Positions 27,276 to 36,578 of a stretch of 64,000 nucleotides of DNA are shown piece after piece (the first letter of the stretch is position 1; each line of letters begins with the position of its first letter). The DNA comes from Candidatus Zambryskibacteria bacterium RIFCSPLOWO2_02_FULL_51_21 (GTDB lineage Bacteria; Patescibacteriota; Minisyncoccia; Phycocordibacterales; Zambryskibacteraceae), in the NCBI GenBank assembly GCA_001824255.1, contig MHWQ01000002.1, positions 139,548 through 203,547 on the forward strand, written 5' to 3'. Made by a program: the position numbers and the translations under genes. The notes below the pieces were generated by a model. It was not told where the DNA came from, did no database searches, and saw nothing but the letters and a program-made list of their open reading frames with translations.

Positions 27276-28631
27276 ATGAAAAAGTTCTTCGTACTTTTCA
27301 TATTAAGTGCTCTTTTCTTGCCGGCTTACGCAACGGCCGCATCTTCCTGCACCTCGGAGACGTCGGGCAAGAGCCGCGCGGACCTCGAGCGCGAACTTGA
27401 GGCCTGCAATCAGGAGATAGCCCAGTGGCAGGAAACTTTGAATAAGACCAAACAGGAGAGTGCCTCCTTCGCGAGAGATGTCGCAGCCCTTACGGCGAAG
27501 ATTAATGCCGCCCAGGCAAGCATCAAGGCGAAGAACATCGCCATTCAGAACCTTTCTAAGGACATTGCCAAGAAACAGTCGCAGATAAACGTCCTGGACA
27601 ACAGAATCGAGCGCGGCCGCGCGGCCATCGCCGACATTTTGAGGAAGACCAACGATATCAATTCCTATTCGCTTGTCGAAGCAATGCTCTCCGACAAGGA
27701 CCTCTCCGAATTCTTTGTGGACATGGACACTTACGCTTCGACGGAGGACGCGTTGACCGGTCTCTTCGCCGAGCTAAGAACAGTGAAAAAGCTTACTGAG
27801 ACCGAGAAAGCTGTCTTGAACAAGAAGAAGGAGCAGGAAGCGGCAAACAGAGCCGCTATGGAAGCGGCAAAGAAAGAGGTTGAAATCGCCCAGAAAGACA
27901 AGAAAACGCTTCTCGCCGTAAGTCAGACCAAGGAGGTCACATACGCGCAAGTGCTCGCCGAAAGACAGGCTAACGCGGCAAGAATCCGGGCCGTACTCTT
28001 CCCGTTGGTTGATGCCGGAGCGATTCCCTTCGGCACGGCGCTCCAATATGCTCAGGCCGCTGGCACCAAAACGGGCGTGCGACCTGCCCTTATTCTCGGC
28101 ATTCTCCAGCAGGAGTCGAATCTGGGAGCCAATGTCGGCCGATGCGTCATTACCGACCTTTCGACCGGTCAAACCAGGAACGTAAACACCGGCTATGTGT
28201 GGCAGAACGGCATTCACCCGACTAGAGACTTGCCGATACTCCAGAGTATTTTGTCCAAGCTCGGACGCGACCCTCTTTCCACAAAGGTTTCTTGCCCGAT
28301 TGCCGGCGTACCAGGCTACGGCGGAGCTATGGGTCCGACGCAATTCATACCTTCAACCTGGAATCTCATAGCATCTAAGGTCGCCACTTACATGGGCAAG
28401 ACCACTCCCGACCCTTGGAATCCGGCCGATGCTATTATGGCGGCGGCCGTGCTTCTCCAGGGTAATGGCGCGGCCGCGGGTGACTACTATTCCGAACGCA
28501 CGGCCTCCTGTAAGTATTACTCGGGCCGGATTTGCGGCACGGCAAGCCACATCATGTCTTACGGCAACCAGGTCATGAACAGGGCGGCGACCATCCAAAC
28601 CACCATGATCGACCCGTTGCAAAACCTCTGA
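27276..28631 (+). CDS. secreted coiled-coil protein with C-terminal MltB-like lytic transglycosylase domain
   Basis: Signal peptide, ~230-aa coiled coil, then 'PALILGILQQESNLG' (catalytic Glu block) and 'YGGAMGPTQFIPSTW'. Confidence 0.65.
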   Translation: MKKFFVLFILSALFLPAYATAASSCTSETSGKSRADLERELEACNQEIAQWQETLNKTKQESASFARDVAALTAKINAAQASIKAKNIAIQNLSKDIAKKQSQINVLDNRIERGRAAIADILRKTNDINSYSLVEAMLSDKDLSEFFVDMDTYASTEDALTGLFAELRTVKKLTETEKAVLNKKKEQEAANRAAMEAAKKEVEIAQKDKKTLLAVSQTKEVTYAQVLAERQANAARIRAVLFPLVDAGAIPFGTALQYAQAAGTKTGVRPALILGILQQESNLGANVGRCVITDLSTGQTRNVNTGYVWQNGIHPTRDLPILQSILSKLGRDPLSTKVSCPIAGVPGYGGAMGPTQFIPSTWNLIASKVATYMGKTTPDPWNPADAIMAAAVLLQGNGAAAGDYYSERTASCKYYSGRICGTASHIMSYGNQVMNRAATIQTTMIDPLQNL

Positions 28632-28652
28632 TTTCTGATATAGTTAGCCGCA

Positions 28653-28922
28653 ATGAAAAAGGAGATACATCCGGACAATTACCGCCCCGTGCTTTTCATA
28701 GACAATTCCGACGGGACGGAATTCATCATCCCTTCGACCGTCAAGACGACCGAAACGGGTAAGTCGAAAAGCGACAAAAAGGAGTACCCCGTCTATCGCG
28801 TGGAAATCTCTTCCGCCACGCATCCTTTCTACACCGGACAGGAGAAGATTCTCGACAGCGCCGGCAGAGTGGAGAAATTCAAGCAGAAGCAAGCGAAAGC
28901 CAAGGCCAAGAAGGCTAAGTAG
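28653..28922 (+). CDS. rpmE: 50S ribosomal protein L31 (type B, no Zn ribbon)
   Basis: 'MKKEIHPDNYRPVLF...STHPFYTG'. Confidence 0.8.
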   Translation: MKKEIHPDNYRPVLFIDNSDGTEFIIPSTVKTTETGKSKSDKKEYPVYRVEISSATHPFYTGQEKILDSAGRVEKFKQKQAKAKAKKAK

Positions 28923-28925
28923 ATT

Positions 28926-29792
28926 TTGGATATTGATTTAGAAAAATATAAGAGCAACCCCAAGACAGCTTATCTGGCAAAGACGTATTTGGAATTGCCG
29001 GACGAGGAATCTAGGAAGATGATTCTTCTGGAAATGGACAGAATTCTCGGAGCGGAAACCGCTGAGAGCGGCGATGAGGAGTTCCCGAACGAAATAATTC
29101 TCGAAGTGCGGGCCGGCGCCGGCGGGGAAGAGGCTCTGCTCTTCGCCAAGGAGCTCGCCTTTATGTATGTCTCCTATGCCTCGAAACAGGGGTGGAAAAC
29201 GGCTCAAATCGACGAGCTCACTTACGAAATACACGGCAAAGACGCCTACAAAAAGCTCCGCTTCGAAACTGGCGTTCACAGAGTCCAACGGGTTCCCGAC
29301 ACCGAGAAGATGGGCCGGGTCCACACCTCAACCGCTTCGGTCGCCATCCTCCCCGTAAGGAAGAAAACGACCATAGAAATCAAACCCACCGACCTCGAGA
29401 TTGAAACTTCGCGCTCCGGCGGCGCCGGCGGACAGAACGTCAACAAAGTGGAGACCGCTGTGCGTATTATCCATAAACCGACGGGCATCGACGTGCGCTC
29501 GACCGCTCAGAGAAGCCAGCTCAAGAACAGGGAAATGGCCATGAGCATTTTGATTGCTAAGCTTGAGAAGAAGAAAGAAGAGGAAGAGGCCGCGAAATAT
29601 GCCGGCGAGCGTAAAGCTCAGATTGGTACCGCCGACCGCTCGGAAAAAATCCGCACCTACAACTTCCTCCAGGACCGCATCACCGACCACCGCATCAGGA
29701 AGGACTGGCACAATATAGAAAAGATAATGGAAGGCGGAATAGGGCCGATTTTAGATGATATGGAGAAGGGCGAAGTTACTCGAGATAAATGA
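28926..29792 (+). CDS. prfA: peptide chain release factor 1 (short N-domain)
   Basis: 'RVQRVPDTE' (PxT region as in RF1 'RVQRVPATE'). '[25 protein letters not shown]' GGQ motif. Confidence 0.75.
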   Translation: MDIDLEKYKSNPKTAYLAKTYLELPDEESRKMILLEMDRILGAETAESGDEEFPNEIILEVRAGAGGEEALLFAKELAFMYVSYASKQGWKTAQIDELTYEIHGKDAYKKLRFETGVHRVQRVPDTEKMGRVHTSTASVAILPVRKKTTIEIKPTDLEIETSRSGGAGGQNVNKVETAVRIIHKPTGIDVRSTAQRSQLKNREMAMSILIAKLEKKKEEEEAAKYAGERKAQIGTADRSEKIRTYNFLQDRITDHRIRKDWHNIEKIMEGGIGPILDDMEKGEVTRDK

Positions 29793-30444
29793 GAGAAGAT
29801 AACACGCCAAAAACAGCCATCAGCGCGTAAGGGGCTAGGATATAAGCAATGACATACATCGCCTTTTTGCCAGCAGAAACGGGCCGCAGGAGTAAGTAAG
29901 GGAAGAACCAGAACCCCAGTAGAACAAAGGCTATGGCCGCGAAAGGAACTATGCCGAGGAATATGGCTATCGTGCTCATGAAGAATTTATTGGACGGGGT
30001 AAGAGCGGGATTCGGCCCTAGGAAGACATTCGAGATGTGGCCGATAGGAATCAGCAAAACAATGTAGATAAAGCCCAGTAAAAAAGGATGAGCGATTGCC
30101 AGGAGAACGCCAAGCAGTATTTTCCTTCTGCGGCCACCTCTCGATTCTTCAATTATCGGCTGATTCTGGATAGACGGGGAGGTCAATCCTTGGTCCGGCA
30201 TCCATTTCTTGAGTATGATGTTTAAAATAAATGATACCCCGACAACGAGAATCAAGCCTATAAAAAGAACGGGTATCGCCCCCAGGTCGAGCCCGCCCGA
30301 AAAGATTACCAGAAAGAGAAGGGCGAACGATGGTATGAGAAAGGCGATTGTTTTTCTTTTGTAATTATTTCTAAAAAAATATTTTATGAAGAATGCTAGT
30401 AAAACTAATTGTATAATCGAGGTGATTATTGACGATAAGCTCAT
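29776..30444 (-). CDS. hypothetical polytopic membrane protein (~6 TM)
   Basis: Hydrophobic helices throughout. Divergent from the sigma-54 activator gene. Confidence 0.5.
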   Translation of the reverse strand: MSLSSIITSIIQLVLLAFFIKYFFRNNYKRKTIAFLIPSFALLFLVIFSGGLDLGAIPVLFIGLILVVGVSFILNIILKKWMPDQGLTSPSIQNQPIIEESRGGRRRKILLGVLLAIAHPFLLGFIYIVLLIPIGHISNVFLGPNPALTPSNKFFMSTIAIFLGIVPFAAIAFVLLGFWFFPYLLLRPVSAGKKAMYVIAYILAPYALMAVFGVLSSLIYLE

Positions 30445-30541
30445 TTAATAATGATAACTCATTCCTGCCGTATATAGTTGATTTTTCCAAGCACATCTGT
30501 AAGGTAAGGGCAGAACAGTATATTCGGACTGGAGGAGAACC

Positions 30542-31570
30542 ATGTCCCAGAATCAAGCATTGGCACTAGAACCCCAGCCGGCGCATGTCCTCATCGGACA
30601 AAGCGCGCATGCCCAGCGCCTACGCACCTTCGCTTCTCAGGCGGCGCGCGTCCGGCACTCGGTGCTGCTGCTTGGAGAAACGGGAAGCGGCAAGGACCTC
30701 GTGGCGAAAATGATTCACAGTCAGAAAACTCGCTCGGGACAATTCGTCCTAGTGAACTGCGCGGCAATTCCCGAAGCCTTGTTTGAGTCGGAACTTTTCG
30801 GACACGGCAAGGGAGCTTTCACCGGCGCGCAGGAAAGCAAGCCCGGACTCTTCGAGACGGCAGAGCATGGCACGATTTTCCTCAACGAAATCGGCGAGCT
30901 CCCGTCAGCGATGCAAGCGAAGCTTCTGGAAGCGCTCGAGAACGGCAACTATCGTCGGGTGGGCGAGGTTACGGGCAAGACAATCAAAACCCGCATCATC
31001 GCCGCCACCAATGTCAACATCAAGAAAGCCCTGTCGGAGGGCAAGATGCGTTCCGACCTCTATCATCGCATCAATGTTCTCCCGATGACGGTACCGCCAC
31101 TGCGGGAACGCCGCGAGGACATACCCGACCTGGCCAACTACTTTTTGCGCCAGGAGGATGACGCGAAAACGATAGCGCCGGAAACCATGGCCGTGTTCAG
31201 GAAATACGAGTGGCCTGGCAACGTGCGGGAACTCAAGAATACAGTCATCAGAGCCGTCTTCAATTCGAACGGCGAGCCGAGCATCGGACCGGAACATGTC
31301 AGGCCGCATCTCAAAGAAGAACCTCCACAGGGAAACGAGAACTGGGTTCAAAGACTGGTTCCCAATTCCCAAGAGAAATTCCCGACCTTTGGGGCGGTCA
31401 CCCAGGCCGCGGAAAGGGAGTACCTCAAGGAGGTTCTCACTCGAACCGGCGGCAATGTCAAAAAGGCCGCTCAACTGGCCGGAACCTGTTACCGGAAGCT
31501 CCTTCTCGAAGTGCAGAAGCACAATCTGAGAGACTTGGTGAGGGAGCTGAGGAACCCTTATTCCGAGTAA
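30542..31570 (+). CDS. sigma-54-dependent transcriptional activator, AAA+ domain + HTH only (PspF-like, no sensor/receiver domain)
   Basis: Walker A 'GETGSGKDLVAKMIH', 'ESELFGHGKGAFTGA' (GAFTGA loop), Arg finger region. C-terminal HTH 'VKKAAQLAGTCYRKLL'. Confidence 0.8.
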   Translation: MSQNQALALEPQPAHVLIGQSAHAQRLRTFASQAARVRHSVLLLGETGSGKDLVAKMIHSQKTRSGQFVLVNCAAIPEALFESELFGHGKGAFTGAQESKPGLFETAEHGTIFLNEIGELPSAMQAKLLEALENGNYRRVGEVTGKTIKTRIIAATNVNIKKALSEGKMRSDLYHRINVLPMTVPPLRERREDIPDLANYFLRQEDDAKTIAPETMAVFRKYEWPGNVRELKNTVIRAVFNSNGEPSIGPEHVRPHLKEEPPQGNENWVQRLVPNSQEKFPTFGAVTQAAEREYLKEVLTRTGGNVKKAAQLAGTCYRKLLLEVQKHNLRDLVRELRNPYSE

Positions 31571-31577
31571 GTCCCAC

Positions 31578-31612
31578 GCACCCCCAGACGCTACGGCGGC
31601 TGGGGGTGTTCT
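31578..31612 (+). terminator. Rho-independent terminator
   Basis: 'cacccccagacgctacggcggctgggggtg' + ttctatttcc. Confidence 0.6.
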
Positions 31613-31658
31613 ATTTCCTATTGCGCCCCAAGGGCTTTTTTGCTAAAGTACTTGCCTA

Positions 31659-32432
31659 ATGGCAGAGAAATTGGTCGGCAAGGAAGGCGGTGAAAAGAGC
31701 GTTATAGACGCTCTTTTCACCGCTGGAGCCCACTTCGGCTTCGTCAAAGCAAGGCGGCACCCTTCGGCCAAACCCTTCATCTTCGGCAAGAAGAATAATG
31801 TCGAAATTTTTGACCTTGAGAAGACAAGCCGGGAACTCACGAAAGCTTTAGCCTTCGTCGAGTCCAAAGGCAAAGAAGGGGCAGTGGGCATCATCGTCGG
31901 CGGGAAATCCGAGGCCCGGGAAGCGGTCGAGAGAACCGGCAAGGAACTCAATATGCCCTTTGTTGCCGGCAGATGGATTGGCGGCACCATTACGAACTTC
32001 TCCGAAATCAAGAGACGTATTGCCCGGCTTGAGGAGCTCATGGGACAGCGCGAGAGGGGCGAACTCGCCAAGTACACCAAGAAAGAACGCCTGCTCATCG
32101 ACCGCGAGATTGACCGGCTCAATCTCTACTTCTCCGGCCTTTCGACTCTCAAATCTCTGCCAAAATTTTTAATTATCATCGACCCCAAGAAAGAGCACAA
32201 CGCCCTTGCCGAGGCCAAGAAATCGGGAATTCCCGTAGCGGCGCTCGCCGGTTCGGACACCAATCTGCACGAGATAGAATATGCCATCCCGGGCAACGAC
32301 GCTTCGAGACAAACCATTTCTTTTGTACTCGATGAGATGGTAAAATCTTACAGAAAGGGCCTCGCGGAAAAAGCAGCCAAGGAACAAAAAGAACAAAATG
32401 TCGATAACAACGGAACAAATCAAGCAGCTTAG
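31659..32432 (+). CDS. rpsB: 30S ribosomal protein S2
   Basis: 'LFTAGAHFGFVKARRHP', 'PFVAGRWIGGTITNF', 'PVAALAGSDTN'. Confidence 0.9.
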   Translation: MAEKLVGKEGGEKSVIDALFTAGAHFGFVKARRHPSAKPFIFGKKNNVEIFDLEKTSRELTKALAFVESKGKEGAVGIIVGGKSEAREAVERTGKELNMPFVAGRWIGGTITNFSEIKRRIARLEELMGQRERGELAKYTKKERLLIDREIDRLNLYFSGLSTLKSLPKFLIIIDPKKEHNALAEAKKSGIPVAALAGSDTNLHEIEYAIPGNDASRQTISFVLDEMVKSYRKGLAEKAAKEQKEQNVDNNGTNQAA

Positions 32433-32853
32433 AGAGGAAACAGGCCTCTCCATAGCTCAGTGCCGCTTCGCGCTCGAAGAGGCGGACGGAGATAAGGATA
32501 AGGCTATTGCCATCCTCCAGAAGAACGCCACAGGCATCGCCGCCAAGAAGGGCGGCAGAGCACTCGGTGCCGGCTCTGTGGCGGCCTACATTCACACAGG
32601 AGACACCGTAGGAGTCCTTCTCGAGCTTCTCTGTGAGACTGACTTCGTGGCCAAGAACCCGGAGTTCAAGGCCGTAGCCAGGGAAATCGCCATGCATGTG
32701 GCCGCCATGAATCCCTCTACGAACGAGGAACTCCTGGAGCAACCCTTCATCAAAGACCCCTCGAAAACTATCGCCGACCTGGTGAATGGCACGGTGCAGA
32801 AGTTCGGGGAGCGCACCGAGGTCGGCCGCTTCACCAGATTTGCCGTAAAATAA
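32398..32853 (+). CDS. tsf: elongation factor Ts (short 151-aa form)
   Basis: 'ITTEQIKQLREETGLSIAQCRFALEEADGDKDKAIAIL' UBA-like N-term. Immediately after rpsB. Confidence 0.85.
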   Translation: MSITTEQIKQLREETGLSIAQCRFALEEADGDKDKAIAILQKNATGIAAKKGGRALGAGSVAAYIHTGDTVGVLLELLCETDFVAKNPEFKAVAREIAMHVAAMNPSTNEELLEQPFIKDPSKTIADLVNGTVQKFGERTEVGRFTRFAVK

Positions 32854-32854
32854 T

Positions 32855-33316
32855 ATGTATCTTTCTTACGCATTCTTCTTTTCTGGTGCCATCCTGGCTG
32901 TGCTTTTAGTCGCGAAAAGAATTGAGGAGAGGAAAAAGACAAGAGTCTTTCTCCTCAGATTGATATCGAGGGGCGAGGAACACGCGAGGAAACTCCAGCG
33001 CGAAGCGGTCAGGCGTTATTCTCTGAGCAAGGAAGAAATGCATTTTTTCATGGCGAAACAGTTGCCGAGATATTCCAAGAGCTCCTTAAACAAGGCTCTG
33101 GCCCGTTTCGAGGAAAGCATGCAGAAGTATCTCGAGCGCCTGCGCGATTCCAGATTGCTCAAGAAGGACGAGGGTATCTCGGAATTTTTCAAATCAATGG
33201 CGGAGGTGGAGAAGGGCAATGGCCAGATAGACGGGGAAATTTATATGGAAACACCGGTAATAGAATCTAAACCGAAGAGGGTCAGAAGGGCCAAGAAAAT
33301 ACTCGTGCAAGAATAA
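32855..33316 (+). CDS. hypothetical membrane-anchored charged protein
   Basis: One N-terminal TM, then Lys/Glu/Arg-rich predicted helices. No domain recognised. Confidence 0.4.
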   Translation: MYLSYAFFFSGAILAVLLVAKRIEERKKTRVFLLRLISRGEEHARKLQREAVRRYSLSKEEMHFFMAKQLPRYSKSSLNKALARFEESMQKYLERLRDSRLLKKDEGISEFFKSMAEVEKGNGQIDGEIYMETPVIESKPKRVRRAKKILVQE

Positions 33317-33321
33317 TTTTG

Positions 33322-33394
33322 AGCCGCCTCCCGGACTCGGACCGGGGACCTTCGCTTTACAAAAGCGTTGCTCTACCAACTGAGCTAAGGCGGC
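33322..33394 (-). tRNA. tRNA-Thr (anticodon TGT), no encoded CCA
   Basis: Reverse complement folds as GCCGCCT-TA-GCTCAGTTGGTAGAGC-A-ACGCT-tTTGTAa-AGCGa-AGGTC-CCCGGTCCGAGTCCGGG-AGGCGGC-T. Confidence 0.8.
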
Positions 33395-33414
33395 TTGCGC
33401 TGGATTTTAACACA

Positions 33415-34086
33415 CTATCTCGCGGGTGTTGTAGTCGCAGTCTGGAGCTTCTTCAATGCCGGGACGTTCTTCTCAAGCTCTTCGACAGTCTTGAAGCCGT
33501 AATAGGGAACACCGTTGATGATAAGAGCCGGGAGCCGGTCTTTCACTTTGTTTATGGATATAAGAGTCTTGATGGCGCCGAGGTCGTAGTCATAGTCGAA
33601 AGAGTAGACGCGCAGGTCAGGATACTTGTCTCGGAGAGCGGTGAGGACATAGCCCATCTTCTCGCAATCCTCGCAGCGGTCATCTTCGGAAGAGTAGAAG
33701 TAGAGGATGAAGGTGGACTTCACATTGCACTTTAGGGCGAGCTGCTTCATCAGGAGATAATCCTTGATTTCAAGCAGGAAGTAAGAGCGCTTGAGAGAGT
33801 CGACATCCGCGTCGTTGAAACCCTTCTGGTCCTCGGCGTAGGAGAGACGCTCGCCCAGAGGTCCAAGCTCCTTCGAGAGGAAACCGGGGCCGATGTCGCG
33901 GCAGGAAGTTTCTGCCAATAGCGAGAACTGGGTCTCAGAGGAGAGGATGTCGAGAGCCACCCGGTTCTCGATGTCGCGGACGTCTTCGAGCTTCTTGCCG
34001 GTGAGGATGTTGCTGGCGAAAATAGCGGTGCCAAATATCGCCGCGGTAATAATAAACGCCACCAAGTATTTCTTCGAATCAATCAT
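33415..34086 (-). CDS. thioredoxin-fold protein with CxxC (DsbA/glutaredoxin-like), membrane-anchored
   Basis: N-terminal TM. 'SSEDDRCEDCEKMGYVL' CxxC in a thioredoxin-like context. Confidence 0.5.
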   Translation of the reverse strand: MIDSKKYLVAFIITAAIFGTAIFASNILTGKKLEDVRDIENRVALDILSSETQFSLLAETSCRDIGPGFLSKELGPLGERLSYAEDQKGFNDADVDSLKRSYFLLEIKDYLLMKQLALKCNVKSTFILYFYSSEDDRCEDCEKMGYVLTALRDKYPDLRVYSFDYDYDLGAIKTLISINKVKDRLPALIINGVPYYGFKTVEELEKNVPALKKLQTATTTPAR

Positions 34087-34089
34087 TAT

Positions 34090-35379
34090 TTAGCGCCAGC
34101 TTACCTTTCTCTTGAATGCCGTGTCAAATAGGGCCTTGATGAGCCAGAGGGGAACCAGAAAGGTGTAGAGGAAGAGGTAGTAGAAGATGCCTCTGTGGAG
34201 CTTGAACTTGCCGTCGGCAAGCTTGAGCGAGAGATAAAGTATGAAAAGGGTTAGGCCCACGGCGGTGATGACGATGATGGGCAGAATGCCGGTGTTGAGG
34301 AAGTACCAGTCGAAGGAAGGCCAGTGAAGCTTGCCGGCAAAACCCACGGCCCGGAAGCGGGTTGCGAGATTCAAACCTTTTTCGACGAAGCCTGTCAGCA
34401 CATTGCCTACCATGATGAGGGAAGTGAAGAGGGAAAGCGTGGCGATAGGCATGATAAACATTCCGAAGTGTCCATATTGTCTGTTGAAGAAAAGGGTTTT
34501 GTAATCGATGGCATTGTTGAGGAAGCCGTATGACCAGCGGGCTCTCTGCTTCACCAGACCCTTGAGAGTTGCCGGAGCGACGGTATAGACGTGCGCGCCG
34601 TGAGAGTTGACGATTTTGTAATGATTCTTTTGCATCCTCATGGCCATCTCCATGTCCTCGGTCATATGGGCGTGTTTGTAAGGACCAAGGTCTCTGAACA
34701 CTTGCGCGCGGAAGATGGAGAAAGGACCCGGAGTAACATAGAGCGCGCCGAGAGAGGAGAGCATGCGGCGCAGGAATATAGACCAACTGTATTCCGTCTT
34801 CTGGATATGCTGGAGAATATTTTTAGGTTCATGAACTTTGATAGAAGGGGTGACGGCCATGACTTTCGGGTCATCGAAGTAGGGAATAATTTTCTTCAAC
34901 GCGAGTGGAGTGACAAAGGAGTCCGCGTCGAGGCAGCCAACAAGTTCCGTCTCAACCTTTTCGAGAGCGAGATTCACAGCTGTGTGCTTGCCGCCGTTCT
35001 TCTTGTCGATAACACTTATTCGGGAGTTCGTTTTGAAACTATTCAGCACTTTGAGCGTGCTGTCGGTCGAACCGTCGTTCACAAGGATGAGCGAGAGTTT
35101 GTCTTCCGGATAGTCCAAAGCAAGAATAGACTCTATAGTCGCGGCGACAGTCGCTTCTTCGTTGAAACAGGGGACGATGACCGTGGTAGTTGGGAAGTTG
35201 GCGATACCCTTAAGGCTGCGCTCATCCTCAAGCTTAATCTCGCCCCTGACCTCAAGGTAGGTAATAAGCAGAAACACCTCGAAGAAGAGGGATATGAAGA
35301 GGGAACAGTATAAAATGATGGCCTGAACGTCTGCCATTGCGATAAAGTTCACTATACCATAGCATATAGACGATGTCAC
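34090..35379 (-). CDS. family 2 glycosyltransferase, processive membrane synthase type (PNAG/cellulose/chitin-synthase-like)
   Basis: 'VIVPCFNEEATV...LILVNDGSTD' DxD region, 'QRARWSYG' (QxxRW-like). Multiple C-terminal TM helices. Confidence 0.8.
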   Translation of the reverse strand: MTSSICYGIVNFIAMADVQAIILYCSLFISLFFEVFLLITYLEVRGEIKLEDERSLKGIANFPTTTVIVPCFNEEATVAATIESILALDYPEDKLSLILVNDGSTDSTLKVLNSFKTNSRISVIDKKNGGKHTAVNLALEKVETELVGCLDADSFVTPLALKKIIPYFDDPKVMAVTPSIKVHEPKNILQHIQKTEYSWSIFLRRMLSSLGALYVTPGPFSIFRAQVFRDLGPYKHAHMTEDMEMAMRMQKNHYKIVNSHGAHVYTVAPATLKGLVKQRARWSYGFLNNAIDYKTLFFNRQYGHFGMFIMPIATLSLFTSLIMVGNVLTGFVEKGLNLATRFRAVGFAGKLHWPSFDWYFLNTGILPIIVITAVGLTLFILYLSLKLADGKFKLHRGIFYYLFLYTFLVPLWLIKALFDTAFKRKVSWR

Positions 35380-36521
35380 AAAACATAGTCATACAGAGCG
35401 AGGACGAGCAGCGGCTCAAAGCGGAGCTCGAGAAGCGACACGACGCAGAGGCGGAGCGCATGAAGCGACTTTTGAATACGCCGGATCTGTCGCGCACTCC
35501 CGGCAGCCCGATTTATGAAATAGTCCGGAAAGTTATTGAGATTCCTGATTTCAATGGCTTCGACATAATACAAGTGCCTGAGATAGTACCGGCGGACATT
35601 AGCTTCGACCTCTTCGATTTCCCGGCTGACCATCCTGCCAGATCAAGGTCGGATACGTATTACGCTGATGACAAGAACATCCTGCGCACCCACACGACCG
35701 TGATGTGGTACTACTACTTGCAAAATGAGGATGTAAAAAAACGCATGGCAAACGGCGAGCCTGTGGGCTGCTTCTGCTTTGGCAAGGTTTACAGGAAAGA
35801 TGAGATCGATAGGAAACACATGAATATCTTCCACCAGATAGACGGCTGGTACTTGGCGCCGAAAGATAAAAGGCTCCTAGGCGCGGAAGATTTGGAGAAT
35901 GCTTTAAGAGCCATCGCTCGAGAGGTATTCGGTCCTGAAGCTAATATCAAAATTTTTGAAGATACATTCCCTTATACCGACCCATCACGACAAATGGAAA
36001 TTGAGAAAGATGGCTCATGGCTAGAAGTATTGGGAAGTGGGGTGGTGAAAGGCAGTGTTTTGGAGAAATTCGGTGTCGACTCGAGCAAATGGAATGGTTG
36101 GGCCTTCGGCCCCGGTATTGAACGTCTGGCCATGGCAGCATTAGATGTGCCTGACATGAGGCTTTTCTGGTCCAAAGATCCGAGAGTAGTAAGCCAGCTT
36201 AAACTGGGTAATAAGTATAAAGAGGTTTCCAAATATCCTCCCGTTGTTCGCGACATCTCATTTGTTGTTACGCAAAATTTCATCGCCAATGATTATTTTG
36301 AAATGGTCCGTGAAGTCGGCGGAGCAATGATTGAACATGTCGAGCTTTTGGATAAATACGAGAACACCGAGAAATTTGGTGCTGGGAAGTTGAGCTACAC
36401 CTATCGCATCACTTATCGCCACTTAGAACGCACTCTGACGAATGAGGAAGTAAACAAGGTCCACGCCGATCTGGAGGCCCGTACGGAGGCTGATTTCGGA
36501 GCATCAATTCGCCGAGATTAG
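35373..36521 (+). CDS. pheS: phenylalanine--tRNA ligase, single-chain type: PheS catalytic core fused to a C-terminal FDX-ACB-like anticodon-binding domain
   Basis: Class II motifs 'PADHPARSRSDTYY', 'GCFCFGKVYRKDEIDRKHMNIFHQIDGW', 'GPGIERLAMA'. Then a ~95-aa tail 'SKYPPVVRDISFVV...KLSYTYRITYRHLERTLTNEEVNKV'. No pheT adjacent. Confidence 0.75.
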   Translation: MSQNIVIQSEDEQRLKAELEKRHDAEAERMKRLLNTPDLSRTPGSPIYEIVRKVIEIPDFNGFDIIQVPEIVPADISFDLFDFPADHPARSRSDTYYADDKNILRTHTTVMWYYYLQNEDVKKRMANGEPVGCFCFGKVYRKDEIDRKHMNIFHQIDGWYLAPKDKRLLGAEDLENALRAIAREVFGPEANIKIFEDTFPYTDPSRQMEIEKDGSWLEVLGSGVVKGSVLEKFGVDSSKWNGWAFGPGIERLAMAALDVPDMRLFWSKDPRVVSQLKLGNKYKEVSKYPPVVRDISFVVTQNFIANDYFEMVREVGGAMIEHVELLDKYENTEKFGAGKLSYTYRITYRHLERTLTNEEVNKVHADLEARTEADFGASIRRD

Positions 36522-36578
36522 CAATCCCCAAATCGCTTTCTTTTAAGCCGTAATTGTGATAAAATAGGGGGTACAAAT

